Source of the DNA: Macrostomum lignano
Taxonomy: Eukaryota
Reading direction: 5' to 3'
Assembly (NCBI GenBank): GCA_002269645.1
Contig: NIVC01003307.1
Coordinates: forward strand, 106,801 to 147,968
Length of the DNA: 41,168 bases
Positions 35,758 through 41,168 of this stretch are shown here, one piece after another; the first letter of the stretch is position 1; each line of letters begins with the position of its first letter. The notes beneath the pieces are model-generated. The model had not been told where the DNA came from, did not search any database, and saw nothing but the letters and a program-made list of their open reading frames with translations. Made by a program: the position numbers and the translations under genes.

Positions 35758-36850
35758 AGTATTAGAGACTGTACGAGATTACAGTATTTACGCTTTCCGC
35801 CTCTGTAGTCTGGACAGTGACTAAGATTCAGGGAATTCATCTAATGGGAAACATATGACGGGATAGAAAGTTCACAAATTCGGCTCTGGTCATAGCTGGG
35901 TCACCCACCTGAGCCTTAAAAATAATTTCTGTACGGACCCCCTGCCACACATCCCTTAATGAGCACGCATCGCATCATTTTTACGCTGCTTTAGTGGGGT
36001 GGTCCCATGATCGGGAGTTGTTTGAGCCATCTGGTGTAGCCCGGAAGTCGAAAACGGGACTCATTGGGAGTCTGCTACACCATGCAGCCATGCAGAAGAC
36101 TTTTTAAACAGTGGATCCTCTTTCTGTGAATGATGAAGAGGTGACCGGACATTTTGTCAACCAGCATTTCGTCAACCGGCAGTTCGTCAACCAGACATTA
36201 CGGCAACTCAGCAAATTGTAGCTAGCTCTGCACCAGCCAAAGAATGTGAGAAGTGGTAATGCGATGTCAAAGAGGATGTGAACTTAAGCGCGATTTGGAT
36301 GCCGTGAGTCCAGCAACCAAACCGCAGCGAAATTCTCACTATTCAGACCCAAAATAGACAAGAAAAGTGTAATTGATCTTTCTTCCACTCCGGCCGCTTC
36401 CGCATGGGATAAATGGGGAAAATGGGGATTTCATGTGAACTTATAAGGCTCTGAAATGGAAGTGGTGGCCGATTGAGCTGGTTTCTCTATCGGATCTCTC
36501 TACTGGACCGACAATGAGAGAAGAATCGTTGAAAACCGATCTCTCTATCATTTGGTCTCCCTGAATGGGATAAATGGGGAAAATAGGGATTTCATGTGAA
36601 CCTAAGGCTCAAAGAATCCAGTATCGGCTGAGGATCGCCCCTTTCACGGAAAACTGACTGCTATTGAGTCAAATACCAGTAGGCTGGCTACGCTTTTCCG
36701 CTTTTCTGTCGAGTCGGCTAGATGTCATTATCGACAACTGTATTGCCAAATACAACCGATCGCACATTGGATTCCCTGAATCTTAGTCACTGTCCAGACT
36801 ACAGAGGCGGAAAGCGTAAATACTGTAATCTCGTACAGTCTCTAATACTA

Positions 36851-37476
36851 GAATAACTCGTACAGGCTTTAAGCTAGGGTGCTGATTTTTGACTTGCCAA
36901 CGCATCTTGCATGCGTCAAGAGAAAAATAAAGTTTCGTAGCTCTGCGTTGAGTAGAAGTGTCTGTCAGCGAATGTCAAGCTGGACCCCCAAAATACACTA
37001 CGGAGATAGGAACACAGTTTGCAGGTGAATAACTCGTACAGGCTTTAAGCTAGGGTGCTGATTTTTGACTTGCCAACGCATCTCGCGTGCGTCAAGAGAA
37101 AAATAAAGTTTCATAGCTCTGCGTTGAGTAGAAGTGTCTGTCAGCGAATGTCAAGCTGGACCCCCAAAATACACTACGGAGATAGGAACACAGTTTGCAG
37201 GTGAATAACTCGTACAGGCTTTAAGCTAGGGTGCTGATTTTTGACTTGCCAACGCATCTTGCATGCGTCAAGAGAAAAAAAAAGTTTCGTAGCTCTGCGT
37301 TGAGTAGAAGTGTCTGTCAGCGAATGTCAAGCTGGACCCCCAAAATACACTACAGAGATAGGAACACAGTTTGCAGGTGAATAACTCGTACAGGCTTTAA
37401 GCTAGGGTGCTGATTTTTGATTTGCCAACGCGTCTCGCGTGCGTCAAGAGAAAAATAAAGTTTCGTAGCTCTGCGT
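36851..37476 (-). repeat. The same 176-bp repeat inverted in the right foldback arm, 3 full units plus a partial
   Basis: gtttc(g/a)tagc recurs at about 36932, 37108, 37285 and 37461. Confidence 0.95.
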
Positions 37477-38362
37477 GTATTTTAAGCCGTTTTGTTGAGT
37501 TGCATAATAATACACTAAGGAGATAGGAACAAACTTTATATGTGAATAATTTGTACAGTCTATTTTTAAATGCCGAGATATTTTACGTAGTTTTTTTTCT
37601 TGATTGCGTCAAAGTTTTTGTAAAATTTTAAAGCGTTTCGTTTAAGTAAAGAAAAGTTACAGCGGCTTTGTTAAAATTTGAATGTGAATCTGAATGTCAA
37701 TCGGGAAATGAATACGTCGTCCACAGGCGTAGGCCTATAGAAAGACAGTCAGTCAACATTGAGTTATAAGCCAAAGGCAGGCAAACCAAAATTTAAAAGT
37801 GCCAATTAGTCCCAAATAAATTTTGTTTAATAGCTTTACGAATTAAAAAAATTATATAAAAAACCTTAATTTTGAATAAAACTTTTGACTTTTTGTTGTT
37901 TATCAGGGTAAAAAATGAAGAATTTGTTTGTATACATCCAATACTTTTTTTATTGTATTGCAAACTCAGCCCATGCGGCTGTGGCATGCATGATGGTCAC
38001 ATGCCGCGTCTGGGGCATGCGTTTAAATAATTGAGTGGCTGAAACGCGGCTAGCGACATGCAAGTGTGATTTCCTCAGACTTAAAGTAACTACATGTAGC
38101 GTATCGAGTTGCGAAATGCCGAATCTGCAAAGTTTTTCTAAACTCTCAGCGGCAGTAACAAATCTATGACAGGATTTAATAACGCTCCACTTAGTCAATT
38201 TATATTAGTATATTCGGTAATTTAGTCATGTCCATATCTTTTTTAGTAGCGTAGGAGTCTTTCTAGCAGTACTGCAGTATCATAACAACTTATAAAATCA
38301 TTTGTAAATAAATGTAGGCGACTCCTTGCAAATACGCGTCAAAACTTTAGCAAAAAAATGCA

Positions 38363-38512
38363 GCGAAACACCAGTGAAATGCTACCGAAACGCCGGCGAA
38401 TACAATGGCGGCAATTCGCCGGCGAATCGCTATAGCGGATAAAATGACAAAATCGCCGGCGATTCGCTATCGATAAAATTGCCGGCGAACCGGCGAGTTT
38501 TTTTCGAGAGGG
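38363..38512. repeat. Cluster of four (C/T)GCCGGCGA palindromic motifs, possibly a MITE fragment ending ...ttttcgagaggg
   Basis: Motifs at about 38391, 38417, 38454 and 38480; no matching left terminus found. Confidence 0.4.
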
Positions 38513-39077
38513 TTTATTACTCAAAAAAATTATTTTTTATTATATACATGATGCAGCGGATTTCCATCTACTGTAATTCTTATACATGTATAGCAGGCAT
38601 GTGTATATGTATAATTAAGCATGGACAATTACTTTAGTTATCCGTGTATGCTAAATATCTCGTAAATGTACAAAGTACGCTCGTATAAATTTGTATTACA
38701 TGTGCATTCAAAAGCTGCAGGAGTTATATTTCCATTCCAATTGCACGCAGCATATTTTGAAGTTATACATGCACAGGCACGTGTACATGTGTAAGCACAT
38801 ACATTTGCATGCCCCATCTGCGCTCATAAATCGAAAGCATTTCTAATCTTGCAGGCTAGGGCTTAAATATAAGCTGTTCCTACCATTGTGCGCTGACCAG
38901 TGTTACGAAAATAAGTCGACTGTTTTTCGATTTTGGTTAGCCTTGAAAGATAAGGGAAGAGTCTATCGCAGTGTTTTAGCTATCTCACTTTGTCTACAAG
39001 TATACTGACTTTAACCCTGAACATGCACTCTGCAGCCATAGGTAGCGGGCTCAAACAGCTCGCGAATCAACAAAGTT

Positions 39078-39243
39078 ATGCCTTCTTTAGATCCTTTTCA
39101 GCTCGACCAGCAGGCTCTAGACAACAAGCTAAAGCTACTGCAAGAGAGCCTCGAAAGATGGCGCCGCGTGAAGATTGACGCTGGTGAACTTACCTCGCAG
39201 GAGGAGCTTCAAGAAGCCGAGGATGAATTCAACTGGCTGCGCG
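39078..39243 (+). CDS. Exon 1 of a Syntaxin-6/10 N-terminal (Habc) domain protein (MPSLDPFQLDQQ...ERWRR...EFNWLR)
   Basis: The M-x-x-x-DPF start and helical pattern match the STX6 N-terminus (MSMEDPF...QRW...IDW). Donor g|gtaaga at 39244. Confidence 0.8.
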
Positions 39244-39705
39244 GTAAGATCTCGCATTTAGGTCTTTTTTCAATTCGTGCATCCAGTTTGCATGTAACAT
39301 GTACAGTTAAATGTGTTTTTTGAAAGTCCAATTGATCATAATCCTAGTGTAAATTGAATCATGCATGATATAGGAGCTAAAGGACTAACTAGACTTGACA
39401 TTTGAGATGTCAATTAGTTCTAATTCAGTGCTTTAGTTACCACCCAGTCACGTACATGTATGTATACATGCATGCATAGGTGAGGTTATCAGTCGCAGAG
39501 TTAAATATCGTCGGTATAGTAAATTATAAAATGCGCAAATAAAATAATCAGCATAACATACCTACAGGCATAGTGATGACGAAACGATCTATTTATTATA
39601 TCTACTAAAAAGTGGATAAAGCGAAGTTAACGCTAAAAGCAGTCTATTTTTTTAATATATAATACGCTCGGAGTGTTGTTAGTCGATGCCTTTCTGCTTT
39701 TACAG

Positions 39706-40079
39706 AAGAAATTGGAAAGTCGGTGAAAAGCATTGGCTGGGATCTGGACGACCTGGCCGAGACCCTTCGACGGATGTCTGAGCAAAACCGTCAGCCAGCG
39801 GAGGAAACCACAGCCCGAGGCGAGTACATCCGTAGAATGCGCCATCTTCTAACGACTATCGACGATGAGGTAAAAAAATCGTCTGAGGCTTTGGCAGCTT
39901 CAGAGTCACCAGATGGTCGTCAGAATCGGCATCAACAACAGCAGCAACCAGACTCGGGGATGAGTGCATCAACTGAGCGCCTCGTTGAATCTCTTCTGCA
40001 GCAGGACGACGAAGACGACGATGTGGAGCTGCTGATCCAAGACGACTCCAGTGTTCGGGCCGAAGACAGTTCAGCGTAG
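39706..40079 (+). CDS. Exon 2 of the Syntaxin-6-N-domain protein (EEIGKSVKSIGWDLDDLAETL...RGEYIRRMR...), stop at 40079 as assembled
   Basis: SIGWDLDDLAET corresponds to STX6 SIEWDLEDLDET. Acceptor ctttctgcttttacag| is in the correct phase after a 462-nt intron. Confidence 0.82.
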
Positions 40080-40255
40080 CGGTGGACGAGCAGCCGGCCT
40101 CTCCAATGATGCGGCTGTGGCGAAATCACCGACCGGCCGTCGTATTCGTGGGAGTTGTTGCACTACTGCTGCTGATCATTTTAATTGTGTCCTTGACCTC
40201 AGGTGAACACCGGAGCAAGGACTCCGGTCCGGTAACTGACTCTCCGGCGCATTAA
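40070..40255 (+). CDS. Probable C-terminal transmembrane anchor of the same gene in a different frame (…RLWRNHRPAVVFVGVVALLLLIILIVSLTSG…)
   Basis: A ~20-residue hydrophobic stretch preceded by basic residues. The frame is open from 39977 to TAA at 40255. Confidence 0.6.
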   Translation, partial: FSVAVDEQPASPMMRLWRNHRPAVVFVGVVALLLLIILIVSLTSGEHRSKDSGPVTDSPAH

Positions 40256-40729
40256 TCACTGGTTGTGGACGCCTATCTAGCATGCGCACCGACATGCAGC
40301 AACTGCGAAGACAAGTCATATTCAGTTTTTTTATTAGACCGAGGAAGACCTCGAAAAAGCTGAGGATGCACTTTTGTATTAATTTGCGGAGAGCTTGGAT
40401 AAGTAGCTGTAGCTACTGATGAATTTGATTTTGCTTCTCATTTTAAAAAATGTGCTTCTGTCGCATTCCTGTTTATGGACAATTGTTGGTTTATAAAAAG
40501 CATTAAACATTGTACGGGTCGACTCTATATCAGAGTCAAAGTCATGTTAACCACTGCTGTGCTGTATGATTGCCAGACATTCATGCGAAGTTAGCAAAGT
40601 TTAAGCTTATACGACCTATATGCTCAATCCCTGTCATTGTGTTCTCCAGATATCTAATAAAGAAATAAACAACGATGGTCAATTGAGCAAAGAAAAGTGA
40701 GCATTCTGTATTTTTAATTGCGATTCACG

Positions 40730-41024
40730 CAGGCTCGTCGCCACCGGGGGGACAGGGGAGACATGTCCCCCCCAGTAAAAGCTATGAGGGGGACATGCCA
40801 ATGCTTTGTCCCCCACCCCACCTTGTGACTCGTTGTGGTAATAAATAATTTTTCTTCAGGGCGCCAAAATATAGCGCGTTCGTGCTAAAATAAGTGCTTG
40901 CGGCGCTAAAATGAGCGCTGACAACACGATTCTCACAATAATGGAAATATAGGAATTTAGTCATCTACATGTTGAATTCTTGGCCTTGTCCCCCACCCAC
41001 CATAAAATCCATGGCGACGCCCTG
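40730..41024. mobile_element. 295-bp hAT MITE
   Basis: TIRs CAGGCTCGTCGCCA and TGGCGACGCCCTG, perfect 8-bp TSD gattcacg (40722-40729, 41025-41032) and subterminal GGGGGACA/TGTCCCCC motifs. Confidence 0.92.
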
Positions 41025-41168
41025 GATTCACGTAATTCCTCGTTAAAACAAATCTGATCTCTTTAAAATGCCTATATGTACCAATAGCAGCATTTGAATA
41101 CTCCGACTCGACTAATATTCAAGTTTCATTAGAAATTTATAGATCGTGTTTTGAGAAGTATCGCCATT

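Larger units (their letters stand above)
32480..37717. mobile_element. 5.2-kb foldback-type DNA element (MULE/FB-like) with long TIRs containing 176-bp tandem repeats and a 9-bp TSD; left tip interrupted by a LINE
   Basis: TSD cgtccacag at 32471-32479 and 37718-37726. The right end is ...GAAATGAATACGT, and the left end is split as AC(32480-81) + LINE + GTATTCATTTC(34535). The arms are 34535-35836 and 36771-37717 around a ~930-bp spacer. Confidence 0.8.

Noticed and set aside
32471-37732. 15-bp LINE TSD (cgtccacagRcgtag) implying the foldback was co-retrotransposed with the LINE
   Set aside because: A 9-bp foldback TSD plus LINE insertion after the terminal AC explains both junctions exactly, including the otherwise missing AC of the left TIR.

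Overview
Metazoan genomic DNA with spliceosomal introns. The repeat style is reminiscent of a free-living flatworm such as Macrostomum, but this is unverified. Four genes are supported: (1) a large minus-strand gene with a ~1,065-aa Q/P/A/K-rich first coding exon and two further exons running off the left edge, tentatively a CHD6-9/kismet-type N-terminus; (2) a single-coding-exon Fcf2/DNTTIP2; (3) a two-Tudor-domain (TDRD-like) gene whose intron is mostly a 30-bp satellite; (4) a plus-strand Syntaxin-6-N-terminal-domain gene whose transmembrane anchor lies in another frame. The remainder is a dense, nested mobile-element landscape: a tRNA-derived SINE, two hAT MITEs with 8-bp TSDs, a THAP-remnant element, a 5'-truncated CR1/L2-group LINE, a 5.2-kb foldback element with 176-bp tandem repeats in its TIRs plus a related 395-bp MITE, and a tandem MITE pair. 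One MITE of that pair carries a 28S rRNA fragment altered at the R2/homing-endonuclease target. Two multi-kb domains almost devoid of CpG, interrupted only by young CpG-rich insertions, suggest methylation-driven decay. All counts and alignments were done by eye.
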